Assembly (NCBI GenBank): GCA_009602735.1
Contig: WELA01001035.1
Span: 468,961-532,960 of the forward strand
Length of the DNA stretch: 64,000 nucleotides
Source of the DNA: Mesotaenium endlicherianum
Lineage: Eukaryota
Direction: 5' to 3'
Shown here: one piece after another, positions 27,313 to 42,007 of the stretch
Layout: each line of letters opens with the position of its first letter
Position numbering within the stretch: the first letter of the stretch is position 1
Translations under genes and position numbers: made by a program
Notes under the pieces: generated by a model
The model's database searches: none
What the model saw: the letters and a program-made list of their open reading frames with translations, nothing else
What the model was told of the DNA's origin: nothing

Positions 27313-30300
27313 TGTAATGAATCAGTATAATAGTAGATTTAGTATTCATTTAAATATAATAGTTAATTAAGTTCAGCTTGCTGGACTCTAGTTAATAATC
27401 AGTCTGCTGGACTTTATATTAAATATCAATTTAATGACTCAGCCGGAAGCAGCAGGCTGAAGTCAACTTAAGTCAGCTTGCTAACAAATTCTTTGACAGC
27501 CAGCTGACTTCCGTTCTCGGTAGCAGCGAACTGCCTCGATATGCATCTAAGTGTGTATGCTAGATGAATGGCCAGATGACATCCCTATGATGGATGGCGA
27601 TTCGGGATGATGGGAGATGGCGGTAGATTTGGTTAACCGAGGTCCTACCAACGTGGTTAACTCCCGGGTAGGCGGTGCCATCGCACTGACCGTTGAACAG
27701 TAAACTCATTCCATGTACATATGCTAGGCATTGCTCTCGAGTTCGGCATTCGGAAACGAGGCCAACTCTCTTGTACAGCTTACTGAGAGAACTCTGAATC
27801 CAAGGCGAGAAGCCATTGATACGCACTGTCTTCTAACCTTGCTTATGTATGAGTTTACTGATTTGCATCATTGATGCTAGTTTACTCGCATTTGACTTAC
27901 GAGTATTATTCCCTGCTAGTGTATTGTCCTTTGCCGTTTAACTAGTTAACGGAAATACCATAAGATTACTTGCTGATATAAAGATCTTTATTAATTGTTA
28001 ATCGCCTATTTGGTAAGTCGATTCATTTCAGTGGTATCGGAGCAGTTATCACAGTCTTCTTTGTATGGTAAGGACAAGGTCTCAAACTAGCAACTCCCGA
28101 GACATGAAGAATCAGGATAACGAGAATGTAGAAAACCAGGCGGAAAGCCAATGTAGCGGGAACCCGTACCTATTCTGAAGCAGTGGCAGATGCTGCAGCT
28201 GCTATTGCCGCAGTCGCAGCACAGCAAGCTGAGGAGGAGAGAGCGAGATTAGAAGCTGAACAATTGGCAAAGGCTGCTGAAGATACAATAAGGAGGGAAG
28301 GTCAGCCCGCTGACGAGCGCACGGTTGAAGAACTTATGGTATCCAGGGCCAATGTTCTGAATCCACCTCCTGCTCTACAACTCAATGTACCCCTAGGTCA
28401 AATACGTGACCGGCTGAATGCGGCAGTAATTGCTGCTGCAGGAGCGAGAGGGACTGTTGAGGACACCACTCAGCGAGTAGATGCCAATGCTGCTGCTGCA
28501 TTTGCCAGACTACCACCAGAGTGTAGACTTGGGAGCATTGTACGTTCAAATGCAGTTGCAAATGGCGACCATGTATCAGTCCCAACAGGAGGACAAAAGA
28601 ATCATAATGTCTCTACCGCGAGACAGAGACCAACTGGGGTCTCAAACCATTAGTGGTGGTGGCCGAGGGCCTAGTAAGCCCAAGCCGAAACCTCCCAAGG
28701 ACTATGATCCTGAGGGAAACAGGAAATACTACCTGATCAAGTTTCTCGCGGATGTTGAGCAGTGGCTGGAGAACTACCCAGACCCGCAAGACTTCGAGAA
28801 GGTCAGGCACACTGGTGCACTACTGAAAGGCAGTGCCGCAGACTGGTGGCTGTACTGGAAAGAAGAGCGTAAGGCTCGGCAACTCCGTGACCCTACGTGG
28901 GTAGAGTTTGTTGAGAAGTTGCATGAGAAATTTGATGTCATCAACCAGCAGGAGAAAGCTATCTATGCGATGATCTCCCTGACACTGAAGCAGACCACTT
29001 CAGTTGCTGAGTTTGCACAAAAGTTCCAAGAGAACATGATGAAGCAGCCAGACTTGCCAGAATGGTATAGGATAGCATACTTCAGGTATGGCTTGGTATC
29101 CGAAGTCTCTGGTCATTTTGCTGAAAAGAAGTATGAAAAATTGGCTGACTTGATCCGGGATGCTGATGCCTGGGATCAGCAGCAGTTCAATCACAAGCGC
29201 CAGAGTAATGATTTGGTGTCTAAGATTGTCAAAAAAGCCCCACAGATCCTACAATGCAATTGGAGGAGACCAGACTGAGGATGATCAGGGTGATGCGTAC
29301 GAGTATGAGTATAATGCTATACAGCCTAGGGGGAGAGGTGGTTACTCTCGAGGTGGCCGTGGAAGAGGTGGTGGTAGGACTAAGCCGAGACCAGCCTCAT
29401 CAAAATCCGCTTGCTACCATTGTCAGCAGCTGGGTCACTATAGAGAACAGTGTCCAGACAAACACCTTCCGAAGGTCGAGAGAAATGACCAGCCTTTAAA
29501 AGACAGCAACAGTTAGTAATTTAGTCTACTGACTGTGAGGATGCTAGAGATAGTGAGTCGTCACTAGCTGCCCTCGTAGCAGGTATTATGGCTCCTGCTG
29601 AACTGGATTCACTATGCATGCCTGACAACCAGATAAAGGAGACCATCAGCAATATAGGCATCCAGAGAGTGCACACTCTCGATGCTCTTGTTCCACCTGA
29701 TGTCCAACATTTGTTTGCTAAGTCAGGAGAACAATGCGAAAGTCAGGAAAAGACAGTCCCCCCTATCCTACTGCATTGCATGATTGCAGGTAGGAAAGTG
29801 AGGGCATTTGTTGACGGAGGGGCGTCACATACCTTTATCCACAAGGACTTAGTTAAGCGGCTAAGGCTGCCTACTGTCACCCAAGGGAATAGAAAAATAT
29901 TCCTTGGAGATGCCTCATGTATCCCGCTCGGAGTTTTAACCACGCCCATTGAGGTCCAGTTAGGTTCTGGCATTGTAGTTCTAACTGAAACGCTTACATT
30001 TGAGGTACTCAACACTGGCTTCTATGATCTCGTGCTAGGCAGGTCCTGGCTTAATAGACATCAAGCTGAAGTGTGTTGGAGCAGAGGTACAGTTAAAGTG
30101 AGAGGAGCCAGTGATGGGCAGACTGACTTGGCACCCACCAGTGCTCTTCCTCTTGTCCTGTGTGGATGGCAAATGAAGGAAAAGAAGAGGCTTCCAGAAG
30201 GATGCAAGTTGCTGAATGCAATGGAGTTCGTCAAAAGCTGGAACCAGAAGGAAGACAGAATGTTCTGTCTGCTGCTAAGAGAGGTACCTCCTCCACCTGA

Positions 30301-33300
30301 AAAAGTGGTGGAGAAAAAGGTAAGCCCTCCGGAGCACCCTACTGCTGTAAAAATTGTTGCTCAGTACACGGATGTTTGTAATATGCCTCCAGGACTACCA
30401 CCTAAGAGGGAAGTAGATCATAGGATTGATTTATTACCTGGGAGTCAGCCACCCTGGCAACGAACCTACGGCTTGTCTTATGTGGAGAGCGAAGAGTTGA
30501 AAACACAGATTGCAGAGCTTGAGGAAATGGTTATATTTCACCCAGTTATTCACCATACGGCGCACCGATCCTATTTGTTAAGAAAAAGGATGGCAGTATG
30601 CGGATGTGTGTGGATTACAGAGCCCTGAACAAAATTACGGTAAAGAACAAGTATGCTTTACTTAGAATCGTGGACATGCTTGATACCCTGTCTGGTGCTA
30701 AGGTGTTCAGTAAGATAGATCTCAGGAGTGGTTATCATCAAATCAGAATTTGCTGAGGGGGATGAACACAAGACTGCCTTCCGCACACGTTATCGACACT
30801 ATGAGTTCATCGTGATGCCATTTGGACTGACTAATGCTCCTGCGACCTTCATGGGTGCTATGAATGACATGTTCAGGCCTTATTTGGATAAATTTGTGCA
30901 AGTTTTCTTGGATGATATTTTAATTTTCTCTAAAGATGAAGCTCAGCACGCTGCACACCTAAAGACAGTCATGGACACTCTGAGAAGAAATCATTTATAT
31001 GCTAAAACGAGCAAGTGTGATTTCTTTAAGGAAAGTATCGAATTCTTAAGCCACGTTGTCAGTAAAGAGGGCATCAGTGTGGATCCTAAGAAATTCCAGA
31101 CCATAAGGGACTGGCCAGTACCACAGTCGATCTCTGAAGTTAGATCCTTCCTCGGGTTGGCTAACTACTATAGGAGATTTATTGATAATTATTCCACAAA
31201 GGCCAGTAAACTGACTGACCTTACTAAGAAAGACATAGGGTATTTGTGGGGGGAAGAGCAGCAGGCTGCCTTCTAGACCCTTAAGGATGCCCTTTGTTTT
31301 GCCCCAGTGCTAGCTGTGTATGACCCCAGCAAACCGGTGCAGGTGGTCACGGATGCCTCTGACTTTGCCATGGGTGCTATTTTGTTGCAGCCTGCTGACA
31401 AAACCACAAAGGATGGTGAGGTAAAATAGGAGTGGCACCCTGTGCTGTACGAGTCTATATAATTCAATCCAGCGGAGATTAATTACGCAGTGCATGATAA
31501 AGAGCTGCTAGCTATCATTCATGTGCTCAAACAGTGGAGAGCATACTTACATGGTAAAGCTTTTAAGGTGATTACAGATCATCTAGCTCTGACTCACTTT
31601 CAAAATGAAGTCCAAGCTGTCAAGGAGGGAGAACCGCTGGAGCCAGATGCTGGAGCAGTTCCAAGTCCAGATCGACTACAAACCAGGGAAGTTGAATCTT
31701 GCTGATGCACTCTCTAGAAGACCTGACTTGCAAGAAAGAAACTTTAGTCAGCATGCTGTAGATAAAGTCCTGTGTGCACTCACTTCACTAAAGGTGAAAA
31801 AGTCCTTCCTTGAACAACTTAGGAAAGCCTATACCTTTCTGACCCGAAATTTGAGCCCAGCCCCACTACTGGTGTGTATCGTGCTACTGCACTCGGGTAC
31901 CGGCTTAAAGCAGGGGTCTGGGTGACTGAAACCACTTCAGGAAGGCTGAAGCTGGTCATTCCTAATAACTTGGAAATAAGGTCTCTTACTGAGTCAAGCG
32001 CATGACAGTTTACTGGGTGGTCATTTGAGGCCGGCCAAAACTGTTGGCAAACTGGCAAAACATTATCATTGGGAGGGGTTGCCCCGGGAGGTCTTGAAAT
32101 ATGTGAAGTCCTGTGATCAGTGTCAAAGAAATAAGTCTAGGCACACACCACCGGGAGGTCTCTTGCAACCNACACACCACCGGGAGGTCTCTTGCAACCA
32201 CTTCCCATCCCAGCTGGACGCTGGGAGACCATATCCATGGACTGGGTGGTCACACTAGCCTGCCAATGGGCACGATTCAATACTGGTAGTCGTGGATAAA
32301 TTGACAAAAATGGTCATTTTTATCCCCACAACTGTGAAAGTGACTGCACTCGAAACAGCGAGACAGTTCTATAACCATGTAGTATGCCAACATGGGCTTC
32401 CCTCTAATATCATCTCAGACAGAGACTCAAAATTTACCTCTAAGTTCTGGAGAGCTTTGATGGGGTTAATGGGAGTCAAACAGCTGATCAGCACAACTAA
32501 CTACCCTCAGACTGATGGGCAGACTGAAAGAACTAACCGAGTTTTGAAAGAGGTGCTGAGAGCATATATTAACCAAAAACAAAATAATTGGGATGACCTG
32601 TTGCCTCAAATTTAGTTTGCGGTCAACAGTGCGGTGCACGCGTCAACGGGCAAGACTCCTTTTGAACTCAGCCTGGGTAGAGTTCCTAAGTCTCCTTTAG
32701 ATGTGCTAGGGGAGTCTTTAACTCACCCTGACGCGATTGACAATCCGGTCTCCCTCCAGTTAACTCAGGATTTTGCTAACACCCTGTCAGAAGTCCAGCA
32801 GAACCAGCACAAAGCCCAATAAAACCAACAAAAGCACGCTAATCAGCACCATCGAGAACTGACCTTTTCTAAAGGCGATTTGGTCACACTGCATTCTCAA
32901 CACCTGTACCTTTCTGGTGTGGTCAAGAAAAAGCTTGGCCCTGTCTGGGTCGGTCCATATTCGATGGTACGCCGTGTCGGTCAGAATGCTTACAAAATGA
33001 ACATGTCAGCCGAATACAAGGGTCATCCGGTCTTTAATGTCTCCTTCCTGGAACCATACATCAAAGGTGATATACTGTTCACAGGTTGGTTACTTGTCCA
33101 ACTGAAACCGGTCCCCGCTGTCCGGGAAGGCGACCCTGAGGAATATGAGGTTGAGGAGATTTTAGACGCACGCTCGGTCCGTCGATCGTCTAAATATGTC
33201 ATGAAGTATCTCATTCGATGGAAGGGTCACGATGCCTCTGGGGACACTTGGGAATTTGAAGACCATTTGACTAATGCCAAAGAGGCGTTGAAACGGTTCC

Positions 33301-36223
33301 AGCTTCAGGCGGCTGGAGCACCTCCCTAACAGTCATTTCGGTTGACACGGGAAAGGGACAGGAGAACCTGTCTCCATTTGAGTTGGAGGGGAAAATCTAG
33401 GACACTTAGTGTGCGAGAGCGAGAAAGGCACAGTTATGTGAATCCTAAGTGTCAGCATAGTGACAGAGGGGACAGCCTGGCCCACATAAAGCACCTTTGG
33501 CTGAAGGAAAGAGGGCACAGCAATACATCACTTAACACACCAGGAAACACATTCATACGCTTATGTCTAGCGCACCGCAACTACGTCAACTCCTAGCAAT
33601 CACCCTGTAAGGTAAACAGGAACGAATATACCATATTAATACGAACTTCCTCCCTTCCTGCAACTCCTATGACAAAGAGCGATATCCCACTGACTTGTGC
33701 CCTGGTTGCATGTGCGAAATGGCTTCCACCACACAAAAGGAGGACAGACAGCGCAAGGCAGAAGAAGCCAGGAGGACAATGGAGCAATACCAGAAGGAGC
33801 TGGCGGCCACGTCCCTCACCAGGATAGAACAAGAACAGGTCCGCAAACAACAGGAGGCGGCAAAAGAGGCACAGAGGAAGAAGGATCGGGAAGCGGAAAA
33901 CCTCAGGAAAGCTGAGGAGGAGAGACAGAAGAAACAACAAGAAGAAGCGGCAGCGACAGAAGAGGAGAGAAGGAAAAAGGCTGAAGCGGACAGGCAGAAG
34001 AGCTTGGCCACTTACTGGTATACTGTGATGGGTGGCCAAAATTTTGATAACCTGAAGGAAGCATTGCTGGCAGCCCAGGAGATCAACAAGCTGGAACAGA
34101 CAACACTGCTACAGAGGGAAGGAACTGCAGCACTGGATAGGTACATTGAGACACACATAGGTGTGGTCCTCTACGAGGATCATGCCAAGATGGTGGGCTA
34201 CACAGCAGATCAGGCCCGGTACCCCACCGATGATTCAGAGGACAAGCCAGTCCCAATAACGGAAATAGTGGGAGATCAAAGACTCATCAGGATGGTGAGC
34301 ATGCGGCCCGATAGCTTTTAGGATACGGTATTCTACCTCACACTATTGCTAGCTTACAACAAAGTTGAGAGAAGGAGCTGGGAGTACTTGGCCAGGGAAG
34401 CAGGACAACAGATGTTCTCTCCCCACTGGTTCCCATGTAAACTGAGGAAGGCTGAGCATGGACCCCAGTACTACCAACAGCCAACAGATTGGAGGTGGAT
34501 GACCGTCACAAACAAAAAGCAGGAGTGTGACCGAGCCCAACCAGACGATTTCCACTATGGCCTAGACGGCTACCTCATCCTACCACCTCACATTGCCCCT
34601 TGGGACCCCAGGCTGAATGGCTGCCTGAGCAATATGAATGCAGAGACCAAAGAGCACAGGAGGAGGGGGAGAGACTACTTCTCTAAGGGAAAGCATGCCT
34701 TCGTCAAATGGGCGAAGAATGCAGGCCAGATAGATATCAGCAGGCTGAAGGCCAAGCAACCCCCAGCGCGCCCTAAGAAAGGGAGGTCAGTAGACTACTC
34801 CATGTCTACCAGGGAGCAGGACGACTTAGTGGACGAGACTCCTACTCTCTCAGAGGAGGAGGATGAGGAGGATGAGCAAGAAGAACAAGGCAGAGGAGAA
34901 GCATCAGGAGCTGGTACTCAGGAGACCCAGGGGCAGGCAGGGGCACTCCTTAAGGAACCAAGATCAGGCGTATGGAACGTGATCCCGGTCATGGAGGCAA
35001 CTAGACCCCGCACTCGCTCCCCCCGTCTACCTGCCCAAGCAGGGAAAGAAGCTGATCTGACTGTACTTGGCAGCAGACACAGGCAGAAATCTCCAGAGGA
35101 CAGGGCTGCCAGGAGAGGAACACGCGGGGTGGCCAGAGGTATGCCAGCCTCCCCCTTTGCTCAGGGACATGTACCTCTTGCCGATGTATTTTAGCATCCT
35201 ACTGGAATGCCTGTCTATGTGGGGATCAACACTCAAGTGGTTGAATAGCAGGCTACCATCCTTCGTTCTCCTCGAGGTCCAACTCTTGAACAAACGGGGT
35301 TCTTCAGGAGGCTAGCTAACAGACTTAGAGGGCTGTCTAGATCTAGGTCCAGATCTCCGTCTTCTGATCCTGAAGCCCCAGGAACAACCCCTTAGGTGAC
35401 AAGCTGAAGAGGCAGTTGGTGGGGAAGGCTGGACAGGTTCAGTTCCCTTATTTTAAAACTTCTGCAGTTTAATGTTGTCGAGGCGACAACAAGTTGAGGG
35501 ATTGTAATGAATCAGTATATTAGTAGATATAGTTATTATTTAAATATAATAGTTAATTAAGTTCAGTCTGCTAGACTCTAGTTAGTAATCAATCTGCTGG
35601 ACTTTATATTAAATATCAGCTTAATGACTCAGCCAGAAGCAGCAGGCTGAAGTCAACTTAAGTCAGCTTGCTGACACATTCTTTGACAGCCAGCTGACTT
35701 CCGTACTCGGTAGCAGCGAACTGCCTAGATATGCATCTAAGTGTGATATGCTAGATGAATGGCCAGATGACATCTCTATGATGGATGGCGATTCGGGATG
35801 ATGGGAGATGGCGGTGGATTTGGTTAACCGAGGTCCTACCATCGTGGTTAACTCCCGGGTAGGCGGTGCCATCGCACTAACCGTTGAACAGTAAACTCAT
35901 TCCATGTACATATGCTAGGCATTGCTCTCAAGATCGGCATTCGGAAACGAGGCCAACTCTCTTGTACAGCTTACTGAAAGAGATCTGAATCCTAAGGCGA
36001 GAAGCCATTGGTACGCACTGTCTTCTAACCTTGCTTATATATGAGTTTACTGATTGCATTATTGATGCTAGTTTACTCGCATTTGACTTCCGAGTATTAT
36101 TCACTGCTAGTGTGTTGTCCTTCGCCGTTTAATCAGTTAACGAAAAATACCATAAAAATTACTTGCTGATATAAAGATCTTTATTAATCGTTAACCGCCT
36201 ATTTGGTAAGTCGATTCATTACA
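27313..36223 (+). mobile_element. Ty3/gypsy chromovirus copy B (full length, pseudogenised), inserted in the gag of copy C
   Basis: LTRs 27313-28030 and 35503-36223. TSD AGGAG at 27308-27312 and 36224-36228. PBS at 28032. gag, pol and ORF3 are broken by stops and frameshifts. Confidence 0.93.
33719..35395 (+). pseudogene. ORF3 of chromovirus copy B (premature stops)
   Basis: Near-identical to ORF3 of copy A, with in-frame TAG at 34319, 35192 and about 35246. Confidence 0.85.
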
Positions 36224-39200
36224 AGGAGAAAGCTATCTATGTCATGATCTCCTTGACACTAAAGCAGACCACTTCAGTTTTCGAGTTTGCTCAAAAGTTC
36301 GAGGAGAACATGATGAAGCAGCCAGACTTGCCAAAGCGGTATAGGATAACATACTTCAGGTATGGCTTGAAATCCGAAGTCTCTGGTCACTTCGCTGAAA
36401 AGAAACATGATAAACTGGCTGACTTGATCCAGGATGCTGATGCCTGGGATCAACAGCAGTTCAATCACAAGCGCCAGAGTAATGCCTTGGTGTCTAAGGT
36501 TGTCAAAAAGCCCCACGGGTCCTACAATGCAATTGGAGGAGACGAGGCTGAGGATGATCAGGATGATGAGTACGAGTACGAGTATAATGCTATACAGTCC
36601 AGAGGGAGAGGTGGTTCCTCTCCAGGTGGCTATGGAAGAGGTGGTGGTAGGACTAAGCCGAGACCAGCCTCAGCAAAATCTGTTTGCTTCCATTGCCAGC
36701 AGCTGGGTCACTTCAGAGAGCAGTGTCCAGTCAAGCACCTCCCAAAGGTTGAGAGAAAAGACCAGCCTTTAAAAGACAGCAACAGTCAGTAATCCAGTCT
36801 ACTGACTGTGAGGAAGCTAGAGATAGTGAGTCGTCACTAGCTGTCTTCGTACCAGGTACTATGGGTCTCGCTAAACTAGATCCACTATGCATGCCTGACA
36901 AACAGATAAAGGAGACTATCAGCAATATAGATCTTTAGAGAGTGCACACTTTGGATGGTCTTGTTCCACCTGATGTCCAACATTTCTTTGCTAAGTCACG
37001 AGAACAATGCGAAAGTCAAAAAAAGTCTATCTCCCATATTCTATCGTATTGCAGGAATAAAGGTGAGGGCAATTGTTCACGGAGGGGCGTCACAAACTTT
37101 TATCCATAAGGACTTAGTTAAGCGGCTAAGGCTGGCTATTGTCATCCAAGGGAATAGAAAAACATTCCTTGGAGATGCCTCAAGTATCCCGGGAGGAGTT
37201 ATAACCAAGCCTATTGAGGTCCAGGTAGGTTCTGACATTGCAGTTCTAACTGAAACGCTTACATTTGAGGTACTCAACACTGGCTTTTATGATCCCGTGC
37301 TAGGCAGGTCCTGGCTTAACAAACATCAAGCTAAAGTGTTCTGGAGCAGAGGTACAGCTGAAGTGAGAGGAGCCAGTGATGGGCAGAGTGACTTGGCACC
37401 CACCAGTGCCTTTCCTCTTGTCCTGTATGGATGGCAAATGAAGGAAAAGAAGAGGCTTCCAGAAGAATGCAAATTGCTGAATGCAATAGAGTTCATCAAA
37501 AGCTGGAACCAGAAGGAAGACAGAATGTTATGTCTGCTGCTAAGAGAGGTACCTCCTCAACCTGGAGTGGTGGAGAAAAAGGTAAGCCCTCCGGAGCACC
37601 CTACTGCTGCAAAAATTGTTGCTCAGTATACTGATATTTTTAATATGCCTCCAGGACTACCCCCTTAAGAGGAAAGTAGATCATAGGATTGATGTATTAC
37701 CTGGGAGTCCACTCCCCTGGCAACGCACTTATGGCTTGTCTTATGTGGAGAGCGAAGAGTTAAAAACACAGATTGCGAAGCTTGAGGAAAATGATTATAT
37801 TTCCCCTAGTAAATCACCTTATGGCGCACCCATCCTATTTGTTAAGAAAAAAGATGGAAGTATGCGGATGTGGGTTGATTACAGAGATCTTCACAGAATT
37901 ATAGTAAAGAACAAGTATGCTTTACCGAGAATTGAGAAATTGCTTGATACCCTGTCTGGTGCTAAAGTGTTCAGTAAGATAGATCTCAAGAGTGGTTATC
38001 ATCAAATCACAATTGCTGAGGAAGATGAACACAAGACTGCCTTTCGCATACGTTATGGCCACTATGAGTTTAATGTGATGCCATTTAGACTGACTAATGC
38101 TCCTGCAACCTTCATGGGTGCTATGAATGACATTTTCAGACCTTACCTGGATAAGTTTGTGCATTTCTTCCTGGATGATATTTTGATTTTCGCTAAAGAT
38201 GAAGCTCAGCATGCTGAACACTTGGAGATAGTCATGGACACTCTGAGAAAAAATCAGCTATATGCTAAAAAGAGCAAGTGTGATTTCTCTCAGGAAAGTA
38301 TTGCATTCTTAGGCCATGTCGTCGATAAGGAAGACATCTTTGTGGATCCTAAGAAAGTCCAGACCATAAGGGACTGGCCACTATCACAATCTGTCTCTGA
38401 AGTTAGATCCTTCCTGGGGTTGGCTAACTACTATAGGAGATTTATTGAGAATTATTCTACAAGCCAATAAACTGATTGACCTTACTAAGAAAGACACAGG
38501 GTATGTGTGGGGGGAAGAGCAGCAGGCTGCCTTCCAGACCCTTAAAGATGCTCTTTGTTCTGCCCCATTCCTAGCCGTGTATGACCCCAGCAAATCGGTG
38601 CAGGTGGTTACTGATGGTTCTGACTTTGCCATGGGTGCTATTTTGTTGTAGCCTGTTGACAAAACCACAAAGGATGGTAAGGTAAAACAGGATTGGCACC
38701 CTGTGCTGTACGAGTCTATGAAGTTTGACCCAGCTGAAATTAGCTATTCTGTGCATAATAATGAGCTGCTTGCTATCATTCATGTGCTCAAACAGTGGAG
38801 AGCATACTTACATGGTAAAGCTTTTAAGGTCATTACAGATCATCTAGCTCTGACTCACTTTCTGAAACAGTCCAAGCTGTCGAGGAGAGAGAACCGTTGG
38901 AGCCAGATGCTGGAGCAGCTCCAAGTCCAGATTGACTACAAACCAAGGAAGTTGAATCTTGCTAATGCACTCTTTAGGAGACCTGACTTGCAAGAAAGAA
39001 ACTTTAATCAGCATGCTGTAGATAAAGTTCTTTGTGCACTCACTTCACTAAAGGTGAAAAAGTCCTTCCTTGAACAACTTAGGAAAGCCTACTTCTATGA
39101 TCCAACATTTGAGCCCAATCCTACAGACGATATGTGTCTTGCTATTGCACTCGGGTATAGGCTTAAGGGAGGGGTCTGGGTGACTGAAACCACTTCAGGC

Positions 39201-40528
39201 AGGCTGAAGCTGGTCATTCCTAATAACTTGGAAATAAGGTCCCTCATACTGAGTCAAGCACATGACAGTTTACTGGGTGGGCATTTGGGGCAGGCCAAAA
39301 CTGTTAGCAACCTGGCAAAACATTATCATTGGGATGGGTTGCCTCGGGAGGTCTTGAAATATGTTAGGTCCTATGATCAGTGTCAGAGAAATAAGTCTAG
39401 GCACACACCACTCGGGGGTCTCTTACAACCAACGCCCATCCCAGCGAGACGCTGGGAAATAATATCTATGGACTGGGTGGTAACACTACCAAGAACTGCC
39501 AAAGGGCATGATTTGATACTGGTAGTAGTGGTAAACTGAAAAAAAATGGTCATTTTCATCCCCACCACTGTCAAAATAACCGCACTCGAAACTGCGAGAC
39601 AGTTCTACAACCATGTAGTATGCCAACATGGGCTACCCTCTAATATCATCTCAGACAGAGACTCAAAAATTCACCTCTAAGTCCGGGAGGTTAATGGGAG
39701 TCAAACAGTTGCTCAGCACAGCTGTAATGAATCAGTATATTAGTAGATATAATATTCATTTAAATATAATAGTTAATTAAGTTCAGCCTGCTGACCTTTA
39801 GTTATTAGTCAGTTTGCTAGACTCTAGTTAATAGTCAGTTTGCTGAACTTTACTTAATAGTCAGTCTGCTGGACTTTACATAATTATCAGTTTGCTGACT
39901 CAGTGGAAAGCAGCAGGCTGAAAGTCCATATAAGTCAGCTTGCTGACACATTCTTTGACAGCAAGCTGACTTCCGTACTCGGTAGCAGCGAACTGCCTTG
40001 ATATGCATCTAAGTGCGATATGCTAGATGAATAGCCAGATGACATCCCTATGATGGATGGCTATTCGGGATGATGGGAGATGGCGGTGGATTTGGTTAAC
40101 CGAGGTCCTACCAACGTGGTTAACTCCCGGGTAGGCGGTGCCATCGCACTGACCGTTGAACAGTAAACTCATTCCATGTACATATGCTAGGCATTGCTCT
40201 CGAGTTCGGCATTCGGAAACGAGGCCAACTCTCTTGTACAGCTTACTGAGAGAGATCTGAATCCAAGGCGAGAAGCCATTGATACGCACTGTCTTCTAAC
40301 CTTGCTTATGTATGAGTTTACTGATTTGCATCATTGATGCTAGTTTACTCGCATTTGACTTACGAGTAGTATTCCCTGCTAGTGTATTGTCCTTTGCCGA
40401 TTAACGAATTAACGGAAATACCATAAAGATTACTTGCTGATATAAAGATCTTTATTAATTGTTAATCGCCTATTTGGTAAGTCGATTCATTTCAGTGGTA
40501 TCGGAGCAGTTATCACAGTCTTCTTTGT

Positions 40529-42007
40529 ATGGTAAGGACAAGGTCTCAAACTAGCAACTCCCGAGACATGGAAAACCAGGATAACGAGAATGTCGAAAAC
40601 CAGGCGGAAAGCCATGTAGCGGGAAACCGTACCTATTCGGAAGCAGTAGCGGATACTGCAGCTAGGGAGGCTGCAGATGAGGCAGCTGCTATTGCCTCAG
40701 TCGCAGCTCAGCAAGCTGAGGAGGAGATAGCCAGACTAGAAGCTGAACAAGTAGCAAAGGCCGCTGAAGATATACAAAGGAGGGAAGGACAGCCAGCTGA
40801 CGAGCGCACTGTTGAAGAACTTATGGCATCAAGGGCCAATGTTCTGAACCCACCTCCTGCCGTACAACTCAATGTACCCCTAGGTCAAATACGTGACCGG
40901 CTGAATGCGGCAGGAATTGCTGCTGCAGGAGCAAGAGGGATTGTTGAGGACACTACTCAGCGAGTAGATGCCAATGCTGCTGCTGCATTTGCTAATCTAC
41001 CACCCCAAAATGTAGACTTGGGAGCATTGTTCGTTCAGATGCAGTCGCAAATGGCGACCATGTATCAGTCCCAGCAGGAGGACAAAAGAATCATAATGTC
41101 CCTACTCCGGGACAGAGACCAACTGGGGTCTCACACCACTAGTGGTGGTGGCCGAGGGCCTAGTAAGCCCAAGCCGAAACCTCCCCAGGACTATGATCCT
41201 GAGGGAAACAGAAAATATTACCTGATCAAGTTTCTCGCGGATGTTGAGCAGTGGCTGGAGAACTACCCAGAACTGCAAGATTACGAGAAGGTCAGGCACA
41301 CCGGTGCGCTACTGAAAGGCAGTGCCGCAGACTGGTGGCTTTACTGGAAGGAAGAGCGTAAGGCTCGGCAACTCGGTGACCCTACGTGGGTAGAGTTTGT
41401 CGAGAAGTTGCATGAGAAGTTTGATGTCATCAACCAGCAGGAGAAAGCTATCTATGCGATGATCTCCCTGACACTGAAGCAGACCACTTCAGTTGCTGAG
41501 TTTGCTCAAAAGTTCCAAGAGAACATGATGAAGCAGCCTGATTTGCCAGAACGGTATAGGATAGCATACTTCAGGTATGGCTTGAAATCCGAGGTCTCTG
41601 GTCATTTTGCTGAGAAAAAGTATGAGAAACTGGCTGACTTGATCCAGGATGCTGACGCCTGGGATCAGCAGCAGTTCAATCACAAGCGCCAGAGTAACGC
41701 TTTGGTGTCTAAGATTGTCAAAAAGCCCCACGGTTCCTACAATGCAGTTGAAGGAGACCAGGCTGAGGATAATCAGGGTGATGAATATGAGTATGAGTAC
41801 AATGCTATTCAGTCTAGAGGTAGAGGTGGTCCCTCTCGAGGTGGCTATGGAAGGGGTGGTGGTAGGACTAAGCCGAGACCAGCCTCAGCAAAATCTACTT
41901 GCTACCATTGTCAGCAGAAAGGCCACTACAGAGAACAGTGTCCGGTCAAGCACCTGCCTAAGGTCGAGAGAAAAGACCAGCCTTTAAAAGACAGCAACAG
42001 TCAGTAA
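40529..42007 (+). CDS. gag: Gag (492 aa)
   Basis: LKGSAADWW...WVEFVEKL...[10 protein letters not shown] retrotransposon gag core, RGG-rich region and [14 protein letters not shown] zinc knuckle. Confidence 0.95.
   Translation: MVRTRSQTSNSRDMENQDNENVENQAESHVAGNRTYSEAVADTAAREAADEAAAIASVAAQQAEEEIARLEAEQVAKAAEDIQRREGQPADERTVEELMASRANVLNPPPAVQLNVPLGQIRDRLNAAGIAAAGARGIVEDTTQRVDANAAAAFANLPPQNVDLGALFVQMQSQMATMYQSQQEDKRIIMSLLRDRDQLGSHTTSGGGRGPSKPKPKPPQDYDPEGNRKYYLIKFLADVEQWLENYPELQDYEKVRHTGALLKGSAADWWLYWKEERKARQLGDPTWVEFVEKLHEKFDVINQQEKAIYAMISLTLKQTTSVAEFAQKFQENMMKQPDLPERYRIAYFRYGLKSEVSGHFAEKKYEKLADLIQDADAWDQQQFNHKRQSNALVSKIVKKPHGSYNAVEGDQAEDNQGDEYEYEYNAIQSRGRGGPSRGGYGRGGGRTKPRPASAKSTCYHCQQKGHYREQCPVKHLPKVERKDQPLKDSNSQ

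Noticed and set aside
32143..32199. Direct duplication of ACACACCACCGGGAGGTCTCTTGCAACC around a single N
   Set aside because: Typical contig-overlap scaffolding artefact, absent from copies A and C.
40023..40289. Recurrent antisense ORFs in the LTRs (MRINGFSPWIQ...; MAPPTRELT...)
   Set aside because: They recur only because the LTRs are repeated. They are not open in every LTR and have no motif.
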